A stretch of 64,000 nt of DNA from Antedon mediterranea. Its lineage: Eukaryota > Animalia > Echinodermata. Numbering within the stretch: position 1 is the stretch's first letter; each line of letters opens with the position of its first letter. Made by a program: the position numbers and the translations under genes. Positions 1 to 14,000 of the stretch are shown piece by piece. The DNA is taken from the NCBI RefSeq assembly GCF_964355755.1, contig NC_092671.1, positions 40,434,304 through 40,498,303 on the forward strand, given 5' to 3'. Under the pieces are notes generated by a model that was given only the letters and a program-made list of their open reading frames with translations, had not been told where the DNA came from and did no database searches.

Positions 1-2004
1 CAGATGAAGATAATCTGTCAAGTAGTAGTGAAAATGAAGACTTCTGTGACACACTTGATGAAATTGAGGTAAGTTAAACTGTGATGTGCCCAAATATGGT
101 AGGGATATGCCCAAACATGGTAGTGATATGCCCAAACATGGTAGTGATATGACACCATGTCCATATAGGAGCACATCACATTTTTTGTCACATGTTTGAT
201 AGTGTAGAGAGAGCTTAAGACTGGATCACATGCTTTCACTACAAATGCATGTCTAAGTAAGGCAGGGTGTTTATTGTGTATACAGTACTTCTATTATTTT
301 TAAGATAACAGAAGAAGAAGAAGGTAATAGTGTATATCAAACATCAACTGTTGATTATAATACAGGTAAGAACAAAAGTTATCAGAAACCAATAAATGAT
401 GTCTAAAGGGCTGGACTTCCATAAAATTAAACATAATTATTATAATAATGACCATTGCTATACAAGCGTATGATTATGTACTATGATTACTACTACATTG
501 TATTACTATGCTATACAAATTAAATGGGTGACTTACATTGAATTCATATTACTGGGTAAGCATTGTGAGAATAACCAGAGTTGATCAATTACAAGCTATA
601 GTAGTAGTGTAATATGATAGGTGACTAGAATCCCTGAGGAGGCTTAGCCAAGCAGCTCCTTACCAGCTCACACCATGCCTGCAAGTGATCCACTCATGAT
701 ATGTAAATTAGGTCATTGTTGCTAACAATAGGCTTTGACACCTGTACTACTAGAACCTCATTGGCTCATTGAAATATGAATATTCGTTACTATGGGCTTT
801 TACACCTGCTCTACTAGAACCTCATTGGCTCATTAAAATATGAATATTCATTACTATGGGCTTTTACACCTGCACTACTAGAACCTCATTGGCTAATTAA
901 AATATGAATATTCATTACTATAAACATACATTGAAAGTAACAGTCCCAAAACACACTAACTATAAAACTGATCTTTCTATATAACACATGTAAATTTACC
1001 ATATCCTATATAAAATAGAAAACCACACCTATCATCATATATATATAACTATAAATCCATAAATAACATGAGTATATATAAATAATTTAAATAAATCAAA
1101 GAGCTGCATAGGCAGGGCATAGAAAAAAAAGTTAAAACTGCCTCAATATAAGTTTATACCTGTTTTCATGCAATCCATCTATTATAATAAATCTAGTAAA
1201 AATAGTATACATATAATTTACTGCAATAGAATTGGCTGCTGTTACTGATTTCAAGCTATCAACAACAACTGCAAGCAACCAACAATTATTACATGTTTTG
1301 GAAAACATTCAACAAGATATGAATGAAATGATAACCAAAATAACAAAATTAGAAACCCAATTGAAAAGAAACTTAACAGTAAGTATTTGTAAAATCCTTT
1401 TATGGTAATACTATTCTTTTTGTTTTCAAATTGTTTACTATACTCCTAGCTTTTTCTGATATATTCAAATAATGTTGACTGCAAAATCTCCCACAAACAT
1501 CATTTGGAGAGACACACCCTTTGGCTACAGTTGCTTTGACACCTCTTGTGTCTCCTCAGTGCTCCCTTTGTGATAGTTGTCTTTGACACCTCTTGTGTCT
1601 CCTCGGTGCTCCCTTTGTGATAGTTGTCTTTGACACCTCTTGTGTCTCCTCAGTGCTCCCTTTGTGATAGTTGTCTTTGACACCTCTTGTGTCTCCTCAG
1701 TGCTCCCTTTGTGATAGTTGTCTTTGACACCTCTTGTGTCTCCTCAGTGCTCCCTTTTTATGTTTTACTGAAAGGAATAAATAAATAACTCAATAAATCA
1801 CATTCCTTTAAGATTTCTATGATTGTTGCTTGTTAACACATCTTTTTTTTTCACTAATAGGCTAAACAGGAAGGTAAAGTGTCAGCTTCATACTTTGTTA
1901 ACATGACTACAAAGCAGATAGCAGTGCATGCATTTCTCATTTGTGTTTGGCCCTTTGTTATCCGCTGGTTTATCAAATATATATGGCGGCAGAAAAAGAA
2001 ATGA
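1..2004 (+). CDS. ACBD5: Acyl-CoA-binding domain protein 5/4-like, peroxisomal tail-anchored (3' part; 5' end outside window)
   Basis: Phase-consistent GT-AG exons <1-68, 305-365, 1230-1378, 1861-2004. Translation shows acidic FFAT-like motif SSSSENEDFCDTLDE, coiled coil LLHVLENIQQDMNEMITKITKLE, and C-terminal TM plus basic tail AFLICVWPFVIRWFIKYIWRQKKK*, as in ACBD4/5. Confidence 0.85.
76..215. mobile_element. Harbinger-like MITE family A, partial copy
   Basis: Core GATGTGCCCAAATATGG...TCCATATA-GGCACATCAC plus one TIR GTTTGATAGTGTAGAGAGAGCT shared with full copies elsewhere in the window. Confidence 0.75.
729..921. repeat. Minisatellite, about 64 bp x 3
   Basis: Repeated GGCTTTTACACCTG.ACTACTAGAACCTCATTGGCT.ATTAAAATATGAATATTCATTACTAT in an ACBD5 intron. 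Confidence 0.85.
1529..1757. repeat. Minisatellite, 47 bp x about 5
   Basis: CTTTGACACCTCTTGTGTCTCCTCAGTGCTCCCTTTGTGATAGTTGT starting at 1534, 1581, 1628, 1675, 1722. Confidence 0.95.
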
Positions 2005-2012
2005 TTTATTTA

Positions 2013-2590
2013 GAACCATAATTTTTTCCCAAATATGGTAGTGATATGACATCATGTCCATATATGGGCACATCACATAGTAGTAGATAAATCTTGAAAA
2101 CCATAATTTTAATTGCTATGTTATTATAACTGAGATATGCCCAAATATGGTAGTTATATGACATCATCATGTCCATATATGGGCACATCACATAGTAGTA
2201 GATAAATCTTGAAAACCATAATTTTAATTGCTATGCTATTATAACTGAGATATGCCCAAATATGGTAGTGATATGACATCATCATGTCCATATATGGGCA
2301 CATCACATAGTAGTAGATAAATCTTGAAAACCATAATTTTAATTGCTATGTTATTATAACTGAGATATGCCCAAATATGGTAGTGATATGACATCATGTC
2401 CATATAATATGGGCACATCACATGTAGTAGATAAATCTTGAAAACCATAATTTTAATTTCTATGCTATTATAACTGAGATATGCCCAAACATGGTAGTGA
2501 TATGACATCATCATGTCCATATATGGGCACATCACATAGTAGTAGATAAATCTTGAAAACCATAATATTAATTTATATGTTATTATAACT
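2013..2590. repeat. Tandem array about 115 bp x 5 built from MITE family A core, in ACBD5 3' UTR
   Basis: GGGCACATCAC recurs at about 2066, 2181, 2296, 2411, 2525; each unit is the MITE internal core plus a constant AT-rich spacer, without TIRs. Confidence 0.9.
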
Positions 2591-5008
2591 GTATATCCAT
2601 AGAAATAATGTTTTAATTTCATACAATGTATTTTCATTGTTATATTTTTAAGGATTGCAATACTGTATTTGCAATAATGTGCCTCTTTCATGTGTCAATT
2701 ATAATAAATAAAATATTGAAATGAATGCAAATTTGTTTAAGTTTCTTAAATCAAAATGAAATATGATCCAGAATAAATAATGCTATACACTACGTATTCA
2801 CTGGGGAATTGCTAAATTGATTGAAAGTATAAATAGGTTAGTTGTCTTTACTACTTCTCTCACTGATTGTGTTTCACAATAAATTAAAATGGGTATAAAT
2901 AAACATAAAATTGTACATATTCAGTCTAAATTAAACGGGTATTATACCTGTGAATGAGTGTAAATAATGAAAATGTAAGACAATGCAATTGAGTTAATAT
3001 TACGAATATTAATAAATGATTTGCTTTTACTACAATCATGAAAATATGACAAAACATTCTCAATGGTGTTTATGCTTCTTTGTTGTATAGTTCAGCTTAT
3101 AACTTCTTTATGCAACACTTTTAAAAATGAGCCGGTGAGGATATGAAAGATTTATATAAAAAAAAACATGCGAGACATTTAAACGCCAATTTGTTGCTTC
3201 TATTTCAGTAGATTTTTGTTTTGTTTGGAAACTATAAACTAACACTAACTAACACTAACTAACACTACCATTGTATGAACAATTTGATAAACCAATTATC
3301 AAGTCCTCACTTGCTACGTTATTTTGTAACTAGATGAAATTTTTCGAGAATAAAATATATTTACATTTACCTTTTGTCGAAAGAAATCATTTTGAAAGGA
3401 TAACAGAGTTACAAAAACACAAACAGTTTTATGTCTTAATAATTTTAATGTCATAAGCAACATCTCGGTCCTGGTTTCCATTTAACTTCTTATAATAGCT
3501 CGTACAGAAATTTATTTTCATATTGGACGGTGCATGCCTGTTCCTATCAACTGTTCTCTATAAGAACATTGTCATAAAAAATAGACTCGCCCGTAAAAAA
3601 AGCTATGTTCAGTAAAATTGGTAAACCAAAAGAGACCTCCTTGATATTAAATATCCATTAAAATATGGATAACAATCTACCATTATATATTTCATATACT
3701 GAATATTATTATTATTATATACATGTCTTAATACTAATAACAGGTTAAAAGGAAATAGCAACAATATTCATTTACTGTACATATACTTCTGTTAACAAGG
3801 TTAATATAGTGTAAAATAATATAGAAATACTTTTATACATAATCTTCATTTGACAATGCTGCTTTAACTTGTACAACATCTTGAAAGCATATCTTTTAAC
3901 TTAATCTTTATAAATGAGCTAACATATTGGCCAATTTCTTTTTCACATTTTTAAACACTTTGAGGTTAGATACGGTAGCTACCTTGTAAACAGCATTCTC
4001 AAATTGTCTTCTTATTCTAGTTTATAATAGTGTTTATCACATCAAGATATTGGTAATAATCAACATGACCATCAACAAAATAAGTTTAGATAGTCTTGCT
4101 AGACACATACACACACTTATACAAAGAAATTAAGTAAAGTAGTAAGTCTTGGCAAATTTAGTATTACAATTTTTAAATTATAATTTACAGTACAACGTTG
4201 TACCAATACCTATTACAATGTTAAAATATAAAAGCAGATTCAATATATTAAATAGTGTACAGCCATTGTAGCAAGATATATTATAATTATTAAAGAATTA
4301 TACATTTTTAAACACTTACTAGCATAAACTATGATTCATATTTAAATTATTTCTCATTAAAACTTCTTAAAAAATAAATTTTTTAACAAAATCAACATTC
4401 CTCTTTTTGTTTACAATTTCATTTAGTACCAGCCCTTTTCTTCGCCAGCCTTTTTTTCAACCATTTTTTTTAATCAATTACTTTGTGTTTAACCACAACT
4501 TGCAGCACCTTTTAAATAAAACTACAAGCTATTACAGTAAAAAAATGTGGAAAAAATCCAATATATAACAATATCAACTGCATGGTTAGATGATGAAGGA
4601 AGCAGCTCCATGGTTAGCTTAACCAGATATATACTGTACTAACCATATAAGGAAACAAACTATTTGAAATCTTCTTTCCTGTATTTTTCTAGTTGTTCAC
4701 TAAATTATACAGCTTTTTGTTACTACTATACATTTGTAACTAAAGCCACTAAATACTAAATCATTATATTTCAAATTTGGAATATTTAATTTACTGTATT
4801 TATATCATATAAACATATACACAGTATAAACATTATTTTAGTTTATAAAAAGTAATTAAAAAAAATTACTTAATACATCAACATGAAAGAAATCTTTAGC
4901 GAATATAAAATACATAAAATAGCTTCTTTTATATGACAGTTAACACAGCCACAGCCATAATTTTACAATTGAGTAAACAAACTTATTGGCTTAAACTTAA
5001 GTTATCTT

Positions 5009-8000
5009 CTAACTATTCACCATTTCTTGAGGCATGGTAGTGGTGATTGCGCTTTCATCATCTGAATTCTTCAGTGAGAGATCTTTAAAACATGACTGAG
5101 CTTCAACAACCCAATGTGCCACTCTGCTATCAGAAGAGGACGTATCGTCAACTTCCACTTGGGTTTTCTGCGACTCCTCTTCCGATTCATCCTCATTGAC
5201 ATCTTGGTCATCACGGTCTTCAATCTCTTCAAGTTCGTAGAGGCCATTTCTGTCATCTTCATCGTCCTCGTCAACATCCACTTCAGTCACATCATCTTTC
5301 TCACCGGCTGTCGGTTCTAATGTTTCTGACGAAGCTTTAGATGTTGCTGTTTTTGTGTCATCATTATTCTGAGTGGCATCAACAGTAACACGCATATCCC
5401 AAGTATTAGTTTTACTGGAATACACAAAGTTATCATGGTTTGCTAGGACATTGCCTCTGCTGTCAGTCTCTGGTTCTGGGTGAGGGAAGTCTTCTGATAT
5501 TGGTTCTGAGATGACACTACTGAATGAGATGCCACTGCATCCAGATAGGTTCCTATTGTGACCCATGTAATGGCGTCGTTTGGTTGAGCGCGCCACGTTA
5601 GCAGCTTCAAGGTCTTGCTGGTATTTCTTAATCATTTCATCGTACTCTGTTCTAGCTTTTGATGACAATTGTAGTAGTTGCTGAAAGGTTTCCTAGACAA
5701 AATAAATTACAGAGTGTAAAGCTCTGTCTACACTATAACATCACACATATAGTGTGCCCAAATATGGTAGTGATATTATGTCATCATGTCCATATATGGG
5801 CACATCACACATATAGTCTAATGTGCCCAAATATGGTAGTGATATGACATCATCATGTATATATATGGGCACATCACATTTTCTGTCAAATAAAGTTTGA
5901 TGGTGTAGAAAGAGCTTTAGAGTTAGTATTATACATGTCAAGTATATAGTGTTTTAGTTGCTGTTTCAAAAATAGAATTGTGCAGCCTGTAATACTTAAG
6001 ACACTCATTTAGTAGATTCAGAGTCAACCCAGGAAACTGCAATTAAGTTTAGGACCTAAGTTAAGAGCATTGGATTGAAAGTAATTAACTGTGACTGGTG
6101 TAACACGAATTGAATACTGGTTTAAACAGTTACCATAACATTGTTTACTTACCTCAGCACCATCATAGTTGAAGAGGCCAACAACACTGACTGGGACAAG
6201 TTTATTGACAGCACTGCCTAAGGCTTTGCGCCCTAAAGCAAACACCAGTGGAACACTCTGTTCTTGAGCTAACGTAGAAATGTTCTCTAGAGCATCGTCT
6301 AGGCCACCTAAAACAAAGTCAACAATCAGTTATTTTTTATCCAATCGTGAGATTGTGGTTTGAATCCAACTATTGCCACATTGCTTGTATCCTTATGCAA
6401 GACACTTTACTTACATTTGCCTCTCTCCACCCAGGTGTATAAATTGGTTTAAGATCAAGACACAACTTTGCACTGATTACTAGCTGCATTATGGGAGTAT
6501 GTTTCCATACACGTTTGATCCAAAAAAAATGATGTAAAGCACCTTTGAGCATAATTACTCATGAAATGGTAGTCTGGGTTCCAGACGGAGTTTTGTCTTA
6601 ATATTAGTAAAAAGATAAATATTTTGGCACATATGGCGTTTCATGCGTATACTACTTGATTTTGGATACTCCGTCTGGGGAAACACGCACAAGTCACGTG
6701 GTTTGACACCAAGAATTCTTGGTGCATACGATTATCCGGTTGACTAGTTTCAGCTGCATGCGATTGGCTACTCACTCGTACTCCGTTTTAATATTCATAT
6801 TTCAGAATTTCAAAGACTCAACAACTAAGATGATGCGCATGCGCTATGTTACGTTTAGACAATGTGTACTTGGGTACATTTATGAAAGTTTCTGAAGGCT
6901 AGAAATTATTTTATATGCCTAGTAGTCTGGTAAACATTTGATGGGATTTTTCCCAAGGACATGAAAACTCGTCTTGATATGATAGGCTAGTTCTCCGCAA
7001 ATCAAACATTGAATGGATCATTCATTACGCGGAGATAATTTTGATTTAATTCCCACCCAGACCCTGTCCTGTTCGAATTACCTCCTGTTCTGTGTGGTGG
7101 TGTAGCCCTGTTGTTGTGTGCCGCCGGTGGTGGTATGTAGGCCTACTTTATTGGCGTTTTATTTGGCAGGTCATACGTGCGAATTGAGTAGGACCTACGA
7201 AAGAGGCCTAGGCCAAGGACTAAACAAAACAACTTTGGCATTACGATTTTATATTTCAACAGTCTCGATCGTACATTCAGCACTGTACGTACTCGATCTT
7301 TTTCATTTTGAAACAAAATGATCATTGGTTGATTCGAAATCCATATTTACATACCGCCCGCCCCATATAGCCAAATACGGTATGATAAACTACGTCATTT
7401 TTATCAGACGTTTGCGGTCTGCAAATCGATTTCTATACGTGTTTCACAAGTCTGTATTTTCAGACAAAAATCGCGGTCGAAATAAAAAAAAATAAATAAA
7501 AAAAAAATACATAATACAGACTTGGGGCAAGTCTAATGAAATGGGTGCTATAGAAATGTGGTATTATTATTACAATCCTCAATAAGTACCCTAGCTATGT
7601 ATAATTATAATGACAGTAACACATTACCTTTAGCTTGAATCTTCTCCAAGTTTGGTGACACTATAATACATTTTATCTTCTTCAATTTCAAATGTTTTGT
7701 AACTTCTCGGAGGCCCATAACAATTCTCCGTTTAGACTTGGCCTTAAATAAATTTGAATAAAGTTATAATTTACACATTTATTCTTAATAATACATTTTG
7801 TAACTGTGTCTGTATCCATGATGTACAACCACCATTACTGGTTATCATGTACTATTGGTTAGGGTCATGTGTCTGTATCCATGATACCATCACTGGTTAT
7901 CATGTACTATTGGTTAGGGTCATGTGCAATAATATTAATTTATAGCAAAGTGTGTTTTTGAGGAATTACTTTCGATGTCAATAGTGTTCAGTTGGTCTTT

Positions 8001-11000
8001 AAAAGTGGCAATATTTGGTGCAGTTCTAATGTTCTGATCTAATTGGTTCCACTTAGGAACTGTTCACTATTAATTTGATTTTTTTAAAAATGGTATCACA
8101 ATGTCCATATCAAACAAATAAATTAATAACACTATTGATAAATTTACTTCTATAAATCTATTGACTGTACTACCTTTGTTGGGTCTTTGTGGTACTGCCT
8201 ATCTTGGAATTTAATAAGAGCTTGTAATAATGTGGTACAGCACGCATCAATATCTTTATCTAAAACTTGATTGCAGTATCTAACAAAACCAAAACAAAAC
8301 ATTGATGAGTAAGGTCATTCATTTACTTTATCCATCTGTTCCTAAAAAAGGTTGATTTAAAGATGTACTGTGCCCCGCTCTAAAAACATAAAAAATGAAG
8401 ATTAATAAAATCAGACTTTTAAAAGGCCATTTTAATAAAGTTATTTACTTCTGTAAAAAAAAAAAAAAATTTCACTTATATAAAGACAAACGAAACAGTA
8501 CAAAACCCATTGTTTGACAGACAATTTTTGCTTTAAATTACATTTTATCCAGTTTTTGGTCAAAGTGAGACGCGAGATTAAAATGGCAAATTGAACAAAC
8601 AAATTTCTTTAAATCAAAGCATAATGGAAATAAAAACTTAGCAAAGACAAAGAAAGTACTTACTCCCTGAAACGACGACTATGTATCTTACTTGCTACAT
8701 TGGAAGGTGAATTGATGTTCATGCTGGTGGCAGGACTTGAAAGACCAGAGCTAAGGGGAGATCCAGGAGACATTGGACTTAAGCTCATTGGTGACATCTG
8801 ACTTACTGGTGATAGGTCACTCTGAGAACATGTCAGGCCGGATATGATTGACCCTCGTTCACTTACAGCTGTGGGATAACAATACAATGTTTACTAACAC
8901 AATACAATGTTTACTATTTATAAACATGTTATTCATCTTTATCTCACTAATGGTGAAAATAACATATTGTACATTAACCAAAAATAATTATAATAAAATG
9001 CTGATGTAAATTAAATACTGTATTTCTGAATGTCATGTTGAAAAACAAATCCAAATAAATGGCACAAAAGGAACTAAGTAATGTGCAATATTTAAATCCT
9101 TACCTTCTTGTGACAGACCCAGGCTAGTATCGGCTGTGTTCATGTTTAAATCCTTACCTTCTTGTGACAGACCCAGGCTAGTATCGGCTGTGTTCATGTT
9201 TAAATCCTTACCTTCTTGTGACAGACCCAGGCTAGTATCGGCTGTGTTCATGTTAAAATCCTTACCTTCTTGTGACAGACCCAGGCTAGTATCGACTGTG
9301 TTCATGTTTAAATCCTTACCTTCTTGTGACAGACCCAGGCTAGTATCGGCTGTGTTCATGTTTAAATCCTTACCTTCTTGTGACAGACCCAGGCTAGTAT
9401 CGGCTGTGTTCATGTTTAAATCCTTACCTTCTTGTGACAGACCCAGGCTAGTATCGGCTGTGTTCATGTTTAAATCCTTACCTTCTTGTGACAGACCCAG
9501 GCTAGTATCGGCTGTGTTCATGTTTAAATCCTTACCTTCTTGTGACAGACCCAGGCTAGTATCGGCTGTGTTCATGTTTAAATCCTTACCTTCTTGTGAT
9601 AGACCCAGGCTAGTATTGGCTGTGTTCATGTTTAAATCCTTACCTTCTTGTGACAGACCCAGGCTAGTATCGGCTGTGTTCATGTTTAAATCCTTACCTT
9701 CTTGTGACAGACCCAGGCTAGTATCGGCTGTGTTCATGTTTAAATCCTTACCTTCTTGTGACAGACCCAGGCTAGTATTGGCTGTGTTCTTGTTTAAATC
9801 CTTACCTTCTTGTGACAGACCCAGGCTAGTATCGACTGTGTTCATGTTTAAATCCTTACCTTCTTGTGACAGACCCAGGCTAGTATCGGCTGTGTTCATG
9901 TTTAAATCCTTACCTTCTTGTGACAGACCCAGGCTAGTATTGGCTGTGTTCATGTTTAAATCCTTACCTTCTTGTGACAGACCCAGGCTAGTATCGGCTG
10001 TGTTCATGTTTAAATCCTTACCTTCTTGTGACAGACCCAGGCTAGTATCGGCTGTGTTCATGTTTAAATCCTTACCTTCTTGTGACAGACCCAGGCTAGT
10101 ATTGGCTGTGTTCATGTTTAAATCCTTACCTTCTTGTGACAGACCCAGGCTAGTATTGGCTGTGTTCATGTTTAAATCCTTACCTTCTTGTGACAGACCC
10201 AGGCTAGTATCGGCTGTGTTCATGTTTAAATCCTTACCTTCTTGTGACAGACCCAGGCTAGTATTGGCTGTGTTCATGTTTAAATCCTTACCTTCTTGTG
10301 ACAGACCCAGGCTAGTATTGGCTGTGTTCATGTTTAAATCCTTACCTTCTTGTGACAGACCCAGGCTAGTATTGGCTGTGTTCATGTTTAAATCCTTACC
10401 TTCTTGTGACAGACCCAGGCTAGTATCGACTGTGTTCATGTTTAAATCCTTACCTTCTTGTGACAGACCCAGGCTAGTATCGGCTGTGTTCATGTTTAAA
10501 TCCTTACCTTCTTGTGACAGACCCAGGCTAGTATCGGCTGTGTTCATGTTTAAATCCTTACCTTCTTGTGACAGACCCAGGCTAGTATCGGCTGTGTTCA
10601 TGTTTAAATCCTTACCTTCTTGTGACAGACCCAGGCTAGTATTGGCTGTGTTCATGTTTAAATCCTTACCTTCTTGTGACAGACCCAGGCTAGTATCGGC
10701 TGTGTTCATGTTTAAATCCTTACCTTCTTGTGACAGACCCAGGCTAGTATCGGCTGTGTTCATGTTTAAATCCTTACCTTCTTGTGACAGACCCAGGCTA
10801 GTATCGGCTGTGTTCATGTTTTCAATATCTCCAGAGGGTTCATTAGCAAGGCCACTAAAAAAACAAGATTCACTATAAATTTATTTATGAATTTGAATTA
10901 CTTATACTTATAATTGTATATGCTGTAAATTTTGGACTAAATCATAAATAATATGAATTACGTGATAAATAAACATACTCATCAGAAAGACAATTTTCAT

Positions 11001-14000
11001 TTAAAGCTCGCTGTCTCTTCTTCTCCTCTCTTTCTTTCAGTATCACTTTCTTTAATGCGCTTGGCTTCTTCTTAACAGGATTTTCTCGTTCCTTACCACG
11101 CTTTTTAGGTGCTGTTGTGTCCAAGGGGTTTAGCGCCTAGGAGTACAAAAACATTACACTCAATTAAACCTATATTTACGGTTAAGGGAGCAGAGCTCAA
11201 TGAGTTGGCCTCCATCCACGTGCATGCTGCTTCTTAAAAGACATGGGCTATCTTTCAACTTGATTTTCACTTTAATAAGTTTCTGTGAAGTTGAAACAAA
11301 GAGTGAAAAAGCAAAACATCTAAATATTATAAAAAATATATACCTTGAATTCTTCAGATTTTGGACGAGAATTGACAGAGCTCTTTGTTGCTGCTAATGC
11401 TTCTTGGTTGTTACGAACATCTTGCTGCTGTTTCTGGAAATTAAAATAATAATTCAATTGTCTTGGGTGAAGGAATACATGTATCATGCCAACAAGATTG
11501 AAAAAATCTAAAAATAGGACCAAGCATCCAATACGTTCTATCTTAAGCTTGGTTCCCACTAGAACGTAACGCAAGGACTTAAACGCAACGCAAGCGTTTT
11601 AACCAATGAAAAGCGAAGTTATAGACAGTTAGCAATCACAAGCGAATAAGCCATCGCTTGTGATTGGTCAATTCACTTGCGTTGCGTTACGTCCTTGTGT
11701 TGCGTTGCTAGTGGGAACCACGCTTTAAGAACACAGTGCTAAAGAAGTACCATTAACTGTCAAGAAAGCTGTTTAATTAAGTGTAATTACCTCCAATGCT
11801 GCTAGCATATCACCAAGGTCAAACTCTATCGGCATTTTAGTGCGTTTGTTGGGCTTCTTTAAATTCTCTTGTAATTGTTTCTGCTCTTGAGTAATTTCTG
11901 AATATTCCTATATTTAAAATAACAATCAAAAAATGTTAGTGACTGAATGGTTAAGATAGGACCAGAGTAACCAGTTTCTCCCAATACAATTTGTATGCAA
12001 CAATTCTTATGACATCGTTTACAAAGAGTAGAGGTTTACCAGTTTGAGTGTCTTTCTTTCAAGAAACTTAAACCTCTGTCTACACTATCAAACTAACGTG
12101 ATGTGCTTAAATATGGTAGTGGTATATGTCCATATATGGGCACATCATATTGTCACATAAAGTTTGATAGTGTAGACAGAGCTTAATACTTACTCTAGCT
12201 GCTGCTTTTGCTGCCTGTATTGCTTTTTTGCGGCGTTTTCTGGCATTCTTGCCGTCTTTAATACCACTTGCTACCACATCAGGGGACATCAGTGTTTCAG
12301 GTTGGATTATTTCACCTGGCTGTATTAACTCATCTTCGTTTCGGGACTCATTTTCTATCTGGAAATAGAACATATACTAATGAACAAAAAGGTATGTTGA
12401 TTCTGCTACAGTGAACCACTTTTAAGGCCAATTTAAACAGACGAGCGGTAACGGTAATACAAATATAGAATCTATGTTATTATTTATGACCATTTACACA
12501 CGGAGCAGGCGGGTGGTTTCCGCTCTCAGGATAGATAAGATTCTACGTGAGAAAAGCTACACGGTTATCCGCTTACCATTACTGCTCGTCTGTGTAAACT
12601 GGTCTTTACAGAAAACTATGAGAACGTGTCCAGTATCTTATACAGTCTTCAGTTAGCCATATCATTTGCGTGGTTGGAAAAACTAAATATTTTTCTGATG
12701 ATATGGATAATTTTATTAAATGTTAATCAAGATTAGGAAAAATTTTGTTAAATTAAGTTGATACTTACTGCATCATGGTGCTGATGGTTAAAAGTTTTCT
12801 TGACAACAGCACTGTATGAATGCAATGTAACCTGGTTGTCAGCGGTATCACGTTTACCACCAGGCAAACCAGGGTATTCACTTGTGTCATGTAGCTTTGG
12901 TGGCTTCACAGTATGATAGCCTACATGCTCACTATCACTTGATTTTATATATGATCCTTTGTCTTTTGCAGATGGATATTCTACTTTTTTGTTTTGCGAT
13001 CTATGTGGGTTAGCGATATTAGATCGGGCTTGGTTACCTTGTGAACGGGAATGATTTGGTGGCCTATGGGCCTGAGTTATTTGGTTGATGAGCACTGGGT
13101 TCTGCTGCTGGGGTTTATGTCCAAGAGCATTAGCGTAGCTCATACCATGTGCAACAGGCATGTTATAATGATTTGGATTATTATGAAATGCTGGTGAAGG
13201 CGAAGGCATAGGCATCATCACACCAGCTTGTGCAGCAGTGTGTTGTTGCTGATGTCGCGGATGTTGATACTGCTGTTGCTGTTGGTGGTGGTGCTGATAT
13301 GGAGAATAAAATACTCGTTCTTGCGGTGGTGTAAAAACTGAAGGTTTCTCTACACCCATTCCAACTGAAGTAGACGTACTAGCATGCATATGCTTTGGGC
13401 TGTAGTAGCCACTGTCATTGTCCATATCAGATGATATGCTTGCTTGTGTCACATCATTTCCAGTTTGTTGTCCCTGTGACTTCCTCATACTTGATAGATG
13501 CACATTTTGTAGATGACTTGGTAATTCTGCTAAAGTTTTATCTGCTATATCTGGACAGAAATCTGTATATAGAAAATACAAACATTTTCATAAATAAAAA
13601 CCAGGTAGAATTTTATTTTTCCATTTTGTATGAATAAACATTTAAGTAAAGAGTATCAGACTGTAACAAGTTAAGAGCACTCCGTCAACACAGCCTCTAT
13701 CAAATCAACACAGCCTCTATCAAATCAACACAGCCTCTATCAAATCAACACAGCCTCTATCAAATCAACAAAGCCTCTATCAAATCAACAAAGCCTCTAT
13801 CAAATCAACAAAGCCTCTATCAAATCAAAAGTAACTTATATTTCTCTTATAAACTCATAATAATAAAAAAAAATCATTTTGGTAAACTAAGAGGGGCAAA
13901 ATCCAAGAGAGAGGAAGCTGCTAAAACGAAAAAGGTATCTTGAATTTTGTTGAATAAATAATAGAAAACAAAAATACCTGTCTGATGTGAGGCATCTACC

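Noticed and set aside
18-2691. Short minus-strand ORFs with [16 protein letters not shown] peptides (also at 5659-5941, 25685-25876, 52306-52497)
   Set aside because: Translations of the non-coding MITE family A core.
2600-5008. SECIS element or ncRNA in the UTRs between ACBD5 and SECISBP2L
   Set aside because: No convincing AUGA/GA kink-turn stem or tRNA/snRNA signature visible by eye, and no in-frame TGA in any gene model; a covariance-model search would be needed.
9033-10817. 594-aa ORF as an independent nested gene
   Set aside because: It is the in-frame continuation of the SECISBP2L exon starting at 10854 and ends in ordinary intron sequence.
9136-10878. 580-aa plus-strand ORF (MFKSLPSCDRPRLVSAVF)n
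   Set aside because: Antisense reading of the 54-bp array; open only because the unit has no stop in that frame; no unique coding context.
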